A stretch of 64,000 nt of DNA from Rotaria socialis (Eukaryota): NCBI GenBank assembly GCA_905331295.1, contig CAJNYD010000585.1:1-64000 (forward strand), written 5' to 3'. The position numbers and the translations under genes were made by a program. The notes under the pieces were generated by a model. The model was given only the letters and a program-made list of their open reading frames with translations. It was not told where the DNA came from and searched no databases. Below are positions 27,088-41,390 of this stretch, one piece after another. Each line of letters opens with the position of its first letter. The first letter of the stretch is position 1.

Positions 27088-28447
27088 TTCGAATATAAAA
27101 AAGGTTTTCGTTATTTTTAGTAATATGATCATTGAAATTGATTGATTAACCGTCAGCTGTGGTTTTTTTTTAAAGAGATTATGCTAAACCATCAGATAGT
27201 TGAATGTTCTATTTTTATCAAAGCTTACCAAAATAGATTTCTTATTATATATTCAATGTTTATTTCAATCCCTATGTTAAATTCGATTCTATCTAGCACA
27301 ATTATTAACACTGTTATATGGATTTTTCTTTTAATTAAACTTTAGTAAAACAAAAATAGTTTAAATTTCAGCAATGTTCATTTTGTGAGCATATAGTACA
27401 TCCATAAGTCTCTTTTCTTTAATTTGAAGTATCAGTAATTGTATAGATAGGTTTCGAAATTTAGTCATCTTTACGTTGAGAATTTTTGATTGACTGAAAT
27501 TACACAGTGAAGTATGACAATTATAGCTTCACTTATATACTTTTTGTTATATTTTCTTCCGAAGAACGCACTTGTTTTCCTGTCTTGTATGAATGAGCAT
27601 TATTATCATCATCATCATTGCTTTTCTTTTGCTAATCAATGATTTTCAAGTTGAATGCGGCTATTTCTAATTTTCCTCATGGTTAATTAACTCTTGAATT
27701 ATATGCTTTAATATTTAGTCCATTAGGAAGCACAGCGTATCCGTTTGTTATGCTTATTCTGATGAAAATTCATGAAATATTATGTAAAATTTTTATCAGC
27801 TTTTTTCTTCAACGTTATAATTAACATCATGAATATTTAACTAAATTATATCTATAGGGAGTACATCGATTTTGTTTGTAATAATGATAGGGAATGTGAT
27901 AGCCCTAAGGGACGTTCTTCTCATGACATATTACTCGTAGCCAGAATAAAATAGAAAACATTAAGGTTATTCACAAGAGTTCATTTCAAAAAATATTATT
28001 AATTTTTTTTTACACAGGTAAACTTGAAAGATATTCATTTGCATAATCAAAATAAAACAGTTGTTATTTTTGTTTTGTCAATCAATTATAGTTTTTTTCC
28101 TCATCCGTATTCTGTTCTCATATGCATACGTACACGCTGGTAAAGAAGAGTATAACGACACAAGTATAAAAAAAAGAGAAAAAGAGAAAAAAAAACTTTT
28201 TTGCACACAAGAGAGACAGTAGCCATCGAGGCTCGCTAGTTTTTCTTTTTGCGTAAAAAAAAACATTTATATTTATATATGTATATGGTTCTGTTCCTCT
28301 CTTCTGACTAGATGAACGGATGAACCGAGCGGACAATCAGCATCTTCATTAGACATTGGCACCCGGTGCCGCATGATATATTCTATTGACGGAAGAGAAG
28401 ACAATGACAGAGCATCCTGCATCGACAAGTTATATGTTTGTCTTTTG

Positions 28448-29531
28448 TCAGGACGATTTTGATGTTACTTCTGCTGTTGTTCGTCGTTGCACTGGATAAG
28501 CTGTACGACGCAGTAGATTTATATATAGTTCGGATTTAAGAAAACGCTGATAAGGATCTTTTTCCATTAAACCTTGAATACGTCTTTGAGCTCGATCAAA
28601 TGTTTCTAATGGTGGATTATCAATGTTAGCTATGGTTGACATACGAGTTTCAGTATCAAGATTCACCTATAAGAAAATAAAAATCGTTTAATTCGTGAAT
28701 TTTTTTGTCGCCATAAGAAAAAAACCGATCAATGCTTACTTGCTTTGGGGCACCAATAGCAATAAAATCCATATAGATTTTTTTTGCTTTTGCTGATCGT
28801 TTGGGTTCTTTACAAGCACGAAATTCATCACATGCTAGCCAAAATTCAAGATTTTCTTCACTGAATTCTGTCCGTAGGAAAGCACGAAACAAGGCTTGTC
28901 CATCTAATAAAAAAAGAAAAAAGAAATAAAATAGTGAAAAATTCGATTAGATGAAATAAATTTACATCGATGTCGTAGAAGAGCTTCAAATGATTCTTCC
29001 CATGATTGGACATCATCACGTGATGGTATAAGGCTTTTTTCAGATACAGTTGCTTCAGTGGTACGACGTCTAATTAAATTAGCGGCACGCGATTTAAAAT
29101 CTTTTGCTCTAGTTTAAAACAAATAAATTGTTTATTAAAGAAGAAGAGCAACAACAACGAGACTGTTCAACATACATGGTTGCTGCTTTAGATTTCTTCT
29201 TTTTGGTCATATCTGTGGTTGTTGTCGAATGAGGAGTTGCTGTTACTCGAATGGTTGAATCGTCGTCTTCACTAACGTATGATGAGGGCTCCTAAACAGA
29301 AGAATAAATAATTATTAACATTGGTCTTCGCTCAAGTTTCATTCATGTGTCTGTACATAGACATTCGTCTAAACAATCTCTCTGGTGCATAGTACAATTA
29401 CAGTGATGATGGCTGTAGTGATCGATATAGTCTACTGCATTTATTCTCTCGCTCCTCTACTATTTTGTTGTGTAGCTCTCTTCAAGAGAATATGTGAGAG
29501 CGCAACGTTGAACATATGCTTACGCACGTAC

Positions 29532-29578
<47 letters not shown>

Positions 29579-29735
29579 CGTCATCGCTGGCCTCTATATG
29601 TCTCTCACATATCGTATGTAATAAGACTCTCCAATGACGTCATCGTACTACTCGCTCAATATAGGTTTTTTCTCTTCTTTCTTTTTTTTCACAACAACCT
29701 TTGTGCGTGTGTACACTAGCTATTTTATATAGTTC

Positions 29736-29771
<36 letters not shown>

Positions 29772-32700
29772 GGTCTTTCATGATAATTAAAATTCAACTA
29801 TTTTTGTTCTTTTTTAATATACTCTCGACTGTGACTTTATTCTACTCGCATGAAACCAATCATGTTTTTCTAGAACCTATTAGTTAATCATGCAAATATC
29901 AGGAAAAGAAACCCCAGTTCTGTATGAGCATTAAATGCGCCAAACAGGAGATCATAATTGTTTTCGATTGGTGTGCTTATTAAGCTTTGTTTTTCTTTTT
30001 GAATCAAAAAGAAAAATGTTCAGAATGAAAGAGAGAAGTGACTTTTTTTCTAATGCACTTTCTTTTATTATTGCTGTTTAAGTAATGTAACAATAGTAGG
30101 TAAACATAATTTTCTAACTGAACAATTATAAATTTTAAAAATAACTTCTTGTACTTCGATTATGACATGCGAACAGAAATGGTTTTTACCCTTTTGATAA
30201 GAAAACGACATGAACTAATTTCTTTTCTATTTACATTCATGAGAAAATGTCTAATGGAATCATATTTTTCATTTTGAATAGTACACGACGAAATTATACT
30301 TGATTCATCGGCAATTAAAACTATTAGGGGTTGAGATCTTTTTTTCTTTGAGTGTCACTAATTATACATTGAATTAAGTTAGAAAAATAATCTGTATTTT
30401 GTTTTCAATAGTTCATGTAGGAGAAAGGAAAAATAAGAAACTAGTCACCTGAAATTTATTTTTACGGCAAGTCATACAAAGTGAAAGCGTATTCATGCAA
30501 GTGAGGAAAAAAACTAAAAAAAGGAAAACTATTTATTTTTCTCTTCTTCCTAAACTAAATGAGAAATCTTTATGTCGTTTGTTACAATCCTTACATATTT
30601 TGCAAAAATAAACTACATTATAACAATAACAACTGATGGGAAGGAAAAAATATGGATAAAAAGCCAACCGTAAGGCGATTCCTAGCAAGTTAACAATAGA
30701 TTACCGTTCTTCGAAGTAAAACATCATCTGGACTACGTGAACGTATTCGTTGTAAAGGTTTTAACTGATTGATTGTCGTCGCTGAACGTGTTCGATAGAA
30801 ATGTAATAATGATGACATTTAGAAAATTAAAATGTGTTCCAGCACACGATATAAGACAAAATAAATCGAACATATACATATACAAGCGAAACATCGACCT
30901 GCGATGACTTTTCTCTACTACTCAACTCTCAACTGCTGATCATTTATTTGATTTATGTGCTGCTAGCTGGTTGAATATGAAATGGCGACGATGATGATGA
31001 TGACAACGACGGCTACGATGTAAACGAGGGAAGAAAGAAAAAGAAGTACTACTATAATGTAGAAGACTCGACGTCCGCTTGCGCTCGTATGCAAGAAAAA
31101 CAACAAACGGCGCGCGCTTGCAGCTACTGCTGCTGCTGCTGCACTGTGTTCTCTCGCTTCTTCCTGCGAAGCGAATTTAAAAGTTATGGGGGTGTGTGAT
31201 TATATGAAAAACTCGATGAAGAGCAAGGGAAAAGAAAGCGAGTAGACTGAAGAAAGACAGAGTATGTTTCTATGCGTCGGTGTGTGTGAGAGAGAGAGAG
31301 AGAGAACATAGAGGTCTCCAAGGAAGTTGACAGATGTAATCGATTGATACATTTTGTCAATATAAAAACACGAGAAATGCTTAAGACCAAAGTAAAAGAA
31401 CGTCGCAATAGTTTTCTAATGATTATCACCGTTGTGTTGTTTTCTCCGTTCGGCTCGTTTTCTTTCCTTGTTGTTTGCCATAGGGCAGCAGGCAAGAAGG
31501 AAGAAAATACCACATGATTCCGTGCCCCGGAAATAGGACACCATAGTCTCAATTGAAAACAACATAAGAATGAAATAGATTAACTTGATAGTCGATGCAC
31601 GATTTTCATCGATGTCTACTTCTTCTTTTATTTCTGCTTCTACGTTTAAGACGATCCACAACATGAAATATATGCTTACTCGATTAGAAAAAACTAATTG
31701 AATTATCTCAAAAGCATGATATTTTATTTTAGGATTTTATAGTTTTCTTTTATTTATTTCTCTAATAATATTGATCAATGAGTTTTCTTCGTTTTTCTTT
31801 TTTAGTTATTCAACAAGGACAGTAGTAATATTTTAAATCATAATATCTGCCTATCAATCAGACTACTGACATTAATAATGAGACAATAACATAGTCTAGA
31901 AGGTTAACAGCAATGATCTGACAAAATGTCATATATATGTATATATATAAGAAAAAATTTTGCTTACCGTTTTTATTTGAATACTAGTTGTTTTTTGTTG
32001 TTGTTGCTGCTGCTGCTGCTGTTGTTGTTGTTGTTGTTGTTGATGATGATCGTGTGGTTGTTCCATTGGTATAGTATTAACTTCACTTTTACTACGAATT
32101 AATGTTCTCTGTTGTAATTTAGCTAGATCGTCAACAGCTTTTTTTCGCATTTCAGGTGAAGGATTTGATTGTCTTCCATAAGATATTGAAAGATATTGTT
32201 CATACAATGCTAATTCTTCCGAGTCATCAATACTTGATGCACCACTTATAGAAAATTCCGGTGCACTTGATGCTGTACTTGTTGTCATAAGCGACGATGA
32301 AAACATCGGTATATTATTTGCTTTTGGAGTTTTAAGAAAGAACGATGACGACAGTGATGATGGTACTGATTCTGTTGATGAATCCATACGTGAAGGTGGA
32401 GTTGTTATCGATGGTTGTTGGACAGTTACTTTAACACGTGGTGTTACTATCACCGGTGCTGCCGATATTGATGATGGAGTCGACATTGACGAAGTATTTG
32501 TATTCGTTGTCGTTGTTGTTGTATTTAAAGTACATTTAATAACATAATGAGACGACAATGAAGATGATGTTAAACCATAGAATGAATCTGAAGAATTTTC
32601 TTCGTGACCAAAGGAACGTGATACTTCAGAAAAGGCACCTGAACTAGATGCATTTGAAGTTTTTCGAGGTAATAATGATGATATTTTTGTTTCAGCCGAT

Positions 32701-35700
32701 GGTGGAATCAAAGTCGATGATGTGACCATCGTACTATTGCCACTGAAATTAGTTACGGAATGGGGATTCGGCGCCGTCGTTGTGCCGATTGCTTTTGACG
32801 TTGATGATGATGTTGATAATAATAAAGAAGGCACTATATTGGATGACTTAGTTATTGATGAATGAGCAGTTTTACTAATACTATCGTGATCTATTTGAAC
32901 ACCCTATTAAAAGAAAAAAATAAATAAACTAATAAAGTAAATCTGACATCGAGATAAAGAAATGTGCCTGTGTCTCACTCGCGCACTTTGTCTCAAATGA
33001 AGACGCGATTACAGTAGAAAGGAAAACAAATGCATCAGTTTGACGTCACAGTTCTGTTCTTTTCTTTCAATGATAATCATCATTGGCTAAAAAAACTATC
33101 TCTTGCTGCAAGCACTCGAATATATATATATATATCTAAGCGCGCATGTATATAAACTATATATGTCGTCTTGTCTTCGATGCGCTCATTCTCTTCGCTT
33201 TGACGACGTCATCGTCGGCCGTGCGACGGACAATCGACGTCACATGTAAGCCCATCAATAGAAAGAAATCAAAGCATTTGCTTACATATTTATGTGTATA
33301 TATATATATATATATACTAACGCATGCCAGGACGAACGAACAAGGTCTTCCGTTATTCTTAGTAAGTCGCGGTCCTACTGCACAGTGACGTCAATAAAAA
33401 GAATCATTACATATAACGTTCAATCAATGACGTAAAATTCTAGTAATAATTACAACATAAGTTTCTCTCATTAATAAAAAAAAGAAGAAGAAGAAGAAAC
33501 ATAGCATACAGACACATAAATATATCTATAAAACTTCATAAGGAAATCCTTGAGATAATAATAATAATTCAAACAAAAAAAAATAATGAGCAAAAATGAT
33601 AATTGATAATAAACTCATGCATAACAATTACTATAATGCTATATAACAAACTGAAACTCGGTGAACATACATGATTTGTGGCATCTATCTATCTATCTAT
33701 CTATATCTATATCTATATATATATATATATATAAATCTGTGTGTAGGTGAATAGGACTCTTTTTGTCTTCAAGAGAAAAAAACTAGGTAATTCCTGTTGC
33801 TCCTACCTCTTGTGACATTCTTGTCATGAAAAGAAAAAGAAATTCTTCAGCATTTTATACGAAAGTGAATGATAGGAAATACGAAAACCTTGATTTGAAG
33901 GGGAGACAATATCTGATAATGAGTTAGTAATAAATGACAAAGTTTTATAAAAATAGCAATAACATCAGCTTACAGTTTATTTTATAAGCTTTCTTTTTAC
34001 TTTCGGGCAGACAGACGGATTATATATAGAACGCCTGACACATTCTTCCTAATGAACTGAGATAGTAGAAGTCTATCTTTAGGCATTAATTTTCATGGTA
34101 ATAAGTTTACATTATACAACTAATGGATTTTGGATTCATTTATTTGGACCGAACGACAAATGAGGACAAAGAAGAACAGGGCAATTTGTACTCTAGATTT
34201 ACTCGTCATTTTATTGATAACAATGATAGACAGTATAGTTGCCTTTACAAAACATTTTGGAAAATAACCGCATGATATTCCTATTCTATAATATTTAATG
34301 CAAGATATACATGTGCTCATGACATTTATAGACAATCAGAGTTACTTATTTGTTGTATTTAACAAATGAAAAACGAACAAGAAAAATTCTCTACAAGACA
34401 AATGAATAATTCTATAATAAAATGAAACATAATATTTATAGATCTCACAACTATGATTTGAACTTAATAACACTTTTTATGATCCTTTTCGCTTTACGGT
34501 TGTTTCACTTGAACAGCAAACTTATGTTGACATTTATTGATATTATACGTTTTAGCGAGCACGCACACATATATTTTTTATCTTTCTGATAAGTACCATA
34601 GAAGTATCTATCTAATTTCTGTACAGCTTAATACTATATATTCAGGATAAAAAGATTATAATATAGGCTGCTTCTCTTTTGAACTTATTAATATAAGATT
34701 AAATCGAGTAAGATAATAAAGTCGGCAAACATTTTGCCTTAATCAAGGTTCATGTAACCTATTGAACGCTTTGAATAGACAAATTAACATTGAAGAAAAA
34801 AGACATTTATAATATTAAGAAATGAATTTTTCTTTACATTTAAAAATCCAAACAAAAATAAAAACAAAAACTATGAATTTAATCTCGCACGATGATATAG
34901 AAGAATTAATCGTAGAATAATTTTAATTGAAGTAACAATGCTCGTTTCGATTCTAGTCGCATATAAGACAGCTGTTGAAATTCCCTATATCATTGTGATT
35001 AGACCAACGAGAAAAAAAGAAGAAAAAAAAATCGACAAAGATTTTTCGTCTGTTCTAATTGTGTTTTTCATTTCAATTGATACCTTATGTGATTTGATGC
35101 GACATTTATTGTCGTTACTATTCAATGACTATATAAGCACATGTATATTATAGAGTGTGTGTGTGTGTGTTTCTCGATATGGGCATATGCATGAAAATAT
35201 AATTACTTTCTATCGTATCCTATCGACTCACTCTTCATCAATAACAACAAAAAATGAAAGACACTAAGTCTTATGTACATGTAATGCATACTTTCAAAAG
35301 CAACAAAATAAGATTGTCTCTATAAACAACAGCGATCTCCTGCAGCGTACAAGAAAAAACAAACCACCCACATATTTACATAGATGTGCGTTACCCTTCA
35401 TATAAAAACAGCCTAATCGTATTTATGAGACGACGAGTACATTAATTGCTGATCGATTGAGAGAATTCGCAATGAGGGTGTGGTGTTGCGTGTGTGTATA
35501 TCAAGCTATCTTGCGGATGCGCGTGTTTCGACCTTGTCGTGTTCTGTATGCACAGATGAGCAGATAGAAAATCCAGAACAAATGACGCACATCCTTGATT
35601 CATCTGTGGTGGCGGTGCTCTCTACCGATTTCCGGATGAGTTGCTCATCCGATCGGAATAAATGATTTAGTAAACAAGCAAACAATCATCTAAGTTGGGT

Positions 35701-35939
35701 GTTTTTATCGCATAATAAAGTAAATTCGGTTTATCCTTATGTAATAATATCTATGTCTCTATATTTTCATTCGATTTTTCACTTACTGAATCTTCACCAT
35801 TTGAATTTTCACGTCTTCGATTCATGCTATTATTTGTTCCAGTATTACTAGATACATTAGGTGTCATCATTGAAATATATGATGTATTATTGGTCGTTGA
35901 TGCTGTTGAACTTTGTTTTGCAATAACATTTGTCGACAT
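28448..35939 (-). CDS. Regulator of G-protein signalling (R4/RGS3-like), long isoform about 576 aa with S/T-rich and poly-Q N-terminal region
   Basis: Phase-consistent exons 35787-35939, 31968-32903, 29176-29291, 28966-29108, 28740-28903 and 28448-28666. The RGS box reads WEESFEALLRHRYGQALFRAFLRTEFSEENLEFWLACDEF...APKQVNLD..TR...FDRAQRRIQGLMEKDPYQRFLKSELY. It is preceded by AKDFKSR, similar to the R4 AKDMK motif. Confidence 0.9.
29576..29642. promoter_or_regulatory. CRE/ATF-type palindromes upstream of an internal RGS exon
   Basis: TGACGTCA at 29635-29642 and CGACGTCA at 29576-29583, beside a (TA)n tract. Confidence 0.4.
29737..29770. repeat. (AAT)n microsatellite
   Basis: About 11 perfect AAT units. 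A (TA)n tract lies nearby at about 29547-29575. Confidence 0.95.
30705..30818 (-). CDS. Alternative first coding exon of the RGS gene (short isoform, about 251 aa)
   Basis: ATG-initiated 38 codons MSSLLHFYRTRSATTINQLKPLQRIRSRSPDDVLLRRT end in a phase-0 GTAAT donor, compatible with the phase-0 acceptor at 29291. Confidence 0.65.
31995..32042 (-). repeat. Coding CAA/CAG repeat (poly-Q, 16 residues) in an RGS exon
   Basis: (CAA)7(CAG)5(CAA)4 on the minus strand. Confidence 0.9.
33041..33435. promoter_or_regulatory. Cluster of CRE/ATF-type sites in an RGS intron
   Basis: TGACGTCA at 33041 and 33386, CGACGTCA at 33204 and 33235, TGACGTAA at 33428. Confidence 0.45.
33683..33732. repeat. Compound (ATCT)n(AT)n microsatellite
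   Basis: ATCTATCTATCT... grading into ATATAT... Confidence 0.9.
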
Positions 35940-38900
35940 TTTTCTTTAAATTAATGTATTAATAGATCGATCCCATCTTTTATCGATGGTGACCATTCTT
36001 TAGATCATACTAATGAAAATAGGCTAAGTATTGAAACGTATGATTGTTGTTTTGTTGTCTATTAATCTACAGGTATAAAATGAAAGAAAAAAAAATATTT
36101 TCTTTTTTTGTACTAAGCTTACGCCTCCACCTGTTGTATTTAGATACGTTTATTAAGAATCAAAAGAGTAGGTGGGTAATGGTATCTCGGTAATACAGAA
36201 AAGTTATTGACGATTGATTCACATAATCCTTACATTGCTATACTCCTACTCGATATTGTTTGTCAACTCACTTCGTTAATAATTCCACTGGCAAGAAATT
36301 ATAAATAATCCATGCAAATAAAATGAAGAACTCATTCATGCATTAAAACAGAAACAACTTCATGAGTAAAAAGAAATTTCTTTTTTTAACGTTTCGCCAT
36401 TTCTTACTTTACTTCGCATGCACCAACACGTTGCCAATGCACTGAAATAATTCTCTCATGTCGAAAGCATACCAGCTCGTTGTATCAAATAAAAAATTGA
36501 AGAGAAATTCTGCGTGCTACTCTATGAAACGACTCGAACATCCGTTGGTCCACATGTTATGAATGCATCTCATTATAAAGGTTTTATAGATGATAGTTAT
36601 ATCAGTTAATTTTGCAGTATAATCCTATGTAAAACGATAGCTGATAAAGGATCTAGGAAGCTTTTTTTGATGCAATCAGAAGAATTTTTTGTAACCGAGT
36701 CAAAAAATATTTTACATCACCCGGAACAAAATGAAAAGCATCTCGAATAAATTATATAGAATTCGTATTCTTATCGACCGACTAATAGAATCAGACTGCT
36801 TACTTGAGAAAATAAGACAACATCGGATATCTAATTTGACAATCTACTATTGTTATCGCTTCATTTTTCTTTAAAAGAATAATCAAATAAACGCAGTTAA
36901 AACACAAAAAATGAGACAGATAGACAGAAAGAGAAAGAAAGGAACAATCTCGTCCAAAAGAGAAATAGAAAAAAAAATAAATTTTCTTTTTCTTTTTCAA
37001 TAAAATATTTATTAGAAGTTCATTTACCACTCATCATTAGAATTCATATGGCAGCTGCGCGAAAGATGATCGCGTGAGAGTTTTGTCCCTCTATAAAAAA
37101 AAAGTAAACGTCATCCTTTTCATAATATCGTTTTTTAGTGTTCGCAGAACATTCTCATGAATTATCTAAGCGCATTCCAAAGTCGGTATGATTCTACGTT
37201 TGTCGTCGAGTTGCTATATGTCGCATTGCTGTTTCTCTTTTTTATGCAAAAAAAACGAAGAAAAAGAAAAAAAGAAGACGAGCAAGCGGCCTACATCAAC
37301 GTTCTCATCGGTATCAAGACAGCACAGCGCACAGTGCATACCCATTACCCAACGACCAAGAACAACAATCATAGGGAAAAAAATCTAGACCACAGAAAAA
37401 ATAGATGTCTGTTTTCGGTAAAAGAAAATTGATGTGAATCTTGCTTTGCGTAAACTACTATTCACTACTATTTAAAACAATATTTTCTTTAATATTCATG
37501 TAATTGAGTGATAAATAATGTGAGCAGGAAGCACCACTAGTAGTACACGCTGATACGTGTTTGAGATTAAAAAGAAGCTTCTATCAGTTATAGTACCAAT
37601 GATTTGACAGAAAGTTATTTAGTGGAATTTACATAAATTCTTAGATGTTTCTTTTTATTTTGCTAAATGACAATTTATTGTACTCTATAAATTTCTTAAA
37701 ATTCTCTATTCAAGTGCAAAAAAGCAGTCTATCGATCAAATTTCGAAACTAATAAAAAAAATCAAAGCCATTGCTAATTATTATATCTTACTGTTTTTGT
37801 TTTTAGTAAACAATCCTAAGACAGTATCATTTTTATTGAAAATAATGCTCTAGTCAAACTCATCATCAATCCATCTCAATTTTGCTTATTCTAATAATTA
37901 TGTTAAAAATTAGACTCGACTATCTAATACTAACGCTACTTTATAGCAAACGAAATTCTTCGTTAGAATCTCATCATAAAAAGAAAAGTATTCACTGGCT
38001 GATTGCGCGAGAGACTGTCTGATGAAGTCATGTCATTTTCTTTCTATAGTCTATGATTTTTTGTCTATATGGAAGTTCTTTCTATGAAGTAGCGAAGAAA
38101 AGCAAGAGGAACTACTAGTTAGCGATTCTATATATATTAAATAAGCCAATCAATTGAACCACTGAGCGTTCCTGGATGTTTCGTGCGTGCTATTACATAC
38201 GGCTAGATTAGAACAGGAGAAGGAGAAGAAGAAGAAGAAAAAATGACAAGAATAATATCTACGTATTATATTTGTTTTCTAATGGATTGATAACGATCGC
38301 AAAAACCATAAAAAAACAATTATTAAAAAGCATTTAACTAAACGAAATATGATGACTGACTTGATCAATGATGAATATCAAATAATAGAAAACAAAAATC
38401 TAGAAAATAAGAGAACTAGCATAGAAGAGAAAAAAATACTATTTATTTCTCATTTTTCTTGTTAACTGTGTAGGTGTGTAAATAGAAACAAATATGAGGG
38501 GGAATAGCTTAGTTTTCCTTTTCCGAGTAATCGATGCCTTTTATTTGAAATTAGCTCGAACAAGAAAAGAATGTGCTGTTCTATCCTTTGCTTGTATTTT
38601 TATACTTTCTTATTAACTCCAGAAAATCTTTTGTAATTACTTGTGCCTGACGGATATGTTTCCTTGTGTGAACATAAAAAAAATTGTTCGCTTTTCGTGC
38701 TCCCTTACTGATAACAATAATGTAAGACTTGCTGCAGGAGTGTTGATAGAAAAGTTTCCTTTTTTTTTCAAAGACTTTTCTATTGATAAATTATCGATCG
38801 ATAGATTCATCGGCAGTTTATAGGCTTAAGACGTATTTCATCAGATTGCATTAATCGAAAATGGTATAACATAACAAAGAAATATTGTTAAACCTGACAG

Positions 38901-41390
38901 TTAGCTTTTTATCAAAAGCATGAGTGATTATGCTAATCGTATTAATTCGTCTAGCTCGTGCAAATTTATGTTTTTTTATGAAAGCATTTTAATGAGGGGA
39001 AAACAGCTGTCACTTGTTATTTTTCCATTAGCATAATGTATTGATAAACGAATCGTAATCAGGTAACCTCGAATCACAAATGACGAATATTAACATGCAC
39101 TATATTTACTCTTATGATACTTACAGCATAGAATCAAGTTATAATTTACTCAAAACAAACAAACAAACATAACAGTTAAGATTTATTCACTATATTCAAA
39201 TTGCTTTGAAGTCGTCCAGTAACTACCGTATTTGAAAACAATAAATTCTTTCTCTAGAAAGAACACATGAATGTTTTCATATTATTGTTGCAAAAGAAAA
39301 ATGATTCGTCATCATATTTTAACAATAAGAAGCACGTAATGATTACACTGCATTTCGCCATAAATTGAGCAAAACTTTCTTTGAATCAACCTGGTTAAAT
39401 AATAAATTGTTCTTTTCACTTCAAAACACCATGAAAATAGGTCTCATCGTCATTTTGTTCTATGTATTTTCTCTATGCCAATATAGATCGATGATTGCAG
39501 TGCATTGAATGGCAAATGAACTTGTCGTTCTTTGTTTTTCCTAAGCTCTGTCAGATGTTTTTCTTCTGTATTCTTTCGAAATATTTATATAATGTAGCTG
39601 AGAAAGAATTCTCCGAAGTAAGATACGAAAAGTTAGATAAAGCTTACACGTATCGATTACTTTGTCTGTTTAGTTTTATTTATTTCAATTGCTGATAATC
39701 TAGGATTTCTAAATATATAAAATATAAGATTTGAAGAATCAAAAAGAAAAAAAGAGAAATATTTTTTGACTTTGTATATTGACTCTATCCGTTTTATTTT
39801 TCGATTGATGCTTTTTATGATATATGATAGCAGTAGAATATTTTTTCCGCGAATCATTTCTCCTAGTAGCTTAGTAATATCAATACATGTTTCATGTCTG
39901 ATTAAATGTTTTTGCTCGGCAATAACTTATAGGATTTTTTTAATTCTGGTTGAATATAATCTAATCTTATCATTATTTTTCTAATTCAATGTCATCATTT
40001 AGAGCATGAAAATATTTCTTCTTGCGTACGCATTGTAGATGGTTGAAAAACTAAGTCCCGTTATCATAAATGATTATTGAAAGAGCTAATTTCTGCCAGC
40101 TGATCGATGCTTAAAATCGCAAAGATGGAGGAAAAAAATCGATCGATAATACAGATGATCAAATATCTATCGAAGGGGTATTGAGAAGAAAACTGCACAT
40201 AAAACAAAAATGTTTTATTTTTTAACAAATATTTTCATAAAAACTATAACAAGAATAAATATTATTGAGTATTGTGAACAATCTTTCGTGTAATATTCTA
40301 GATTGATTGATTGACATGCATATTTTTCATTTTGCTTTAATAAGATCCTTCCGTTTAGAACAAAACATCGTCCTACGCTTTTAATCGAACAGCGGATTTA
40401 ATAAGATTGCCACTTAATTTTTCTATTTCTTTTTGCTTTCTTGAAATATAATCAAGTAGTATGTATTTTTTATTTATTATGTATTAATCATATTTTCAAA
40501 CAAAAATATCTTTTCATATGTAACTAAATCGTTTAGAAATGATATGTCAATACAATGCAATAAAATATGTTTGATTGCTATTTGCATATTCATATATATA
40601 TTCGATAATACTGTATAATCGTTATATCCTGATTAAAGCTATGCGTAGGATCAATATTTGCCCCGGTCGCGGTCTCGGTGACTCAAACCAAAACAACGAG
40701 ACAAAGTTGTCCTAGACTTGAGCTCAAGAATATAAATCAATATTTTATGAATTTAAATGCATAATCTTATAAATCAGAACATAATTCAGAAAATATGACC
40801 TCAGTAGTCCTAGTCGTCTATTGAACAAGTAACGCGACGCAAACATCGCTAAGCCCTCTACTGAAAGGAGAATAATAAATGATTATCTAATTCACAGAAG
40901 GTATTAATGATCTGAAAAATATTATGCGCTTGTGTTTCTAATTTATATGAAATAACATGGGGTTTCTGAAACCCAGAGTCTGGGTTCCAGAGTACTATTG
41001 TTTTCCAGTTGAGAAATAGTCCATATCAGACAACGTGTTGGTAATCCATTTTGCACGAGTTTTGAACTAATCGGGCATATTAGGAGGAAAAGGTAAAATA
41101 ATCTATTTCGTGGTTCGAAGGTAGTAGCCTTTAGTTGTCCGATGCAGCCGACATTAAAATGATGTCGCAAGGTTTTACTAAGAAAAAATGCCACTTTCGT
41201 TGAACTTCTAGCTTGAAAACAAAATTGGCATTGAACAAGAGCTCAACATTCTATGCGTTTTACTGGCTAAATATCAGTATGAAAAAGGCGAACCATACGA
41301 GAGCAGTAGTCAGAATACTGTATTTAGACGAAATTAGCACTGAAATTAGCGGTTAGATTCGTCAGTTAATCTGAGCACTCATGAATCCAT

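Noticed and set aside
33669..33684. ATGCCACAAATCAT followed by GTATG as a micro first exon of RGS
   Set aside because: Phase 2 does not fit the next acceptor (phase 0) and there is no other support.
36900..40600. Short ORFs in the AT-rich region upstream of RGS
   Set aside because: Low-complexity F/I/K/L-rich translations with no motifs or coherent exon chain.
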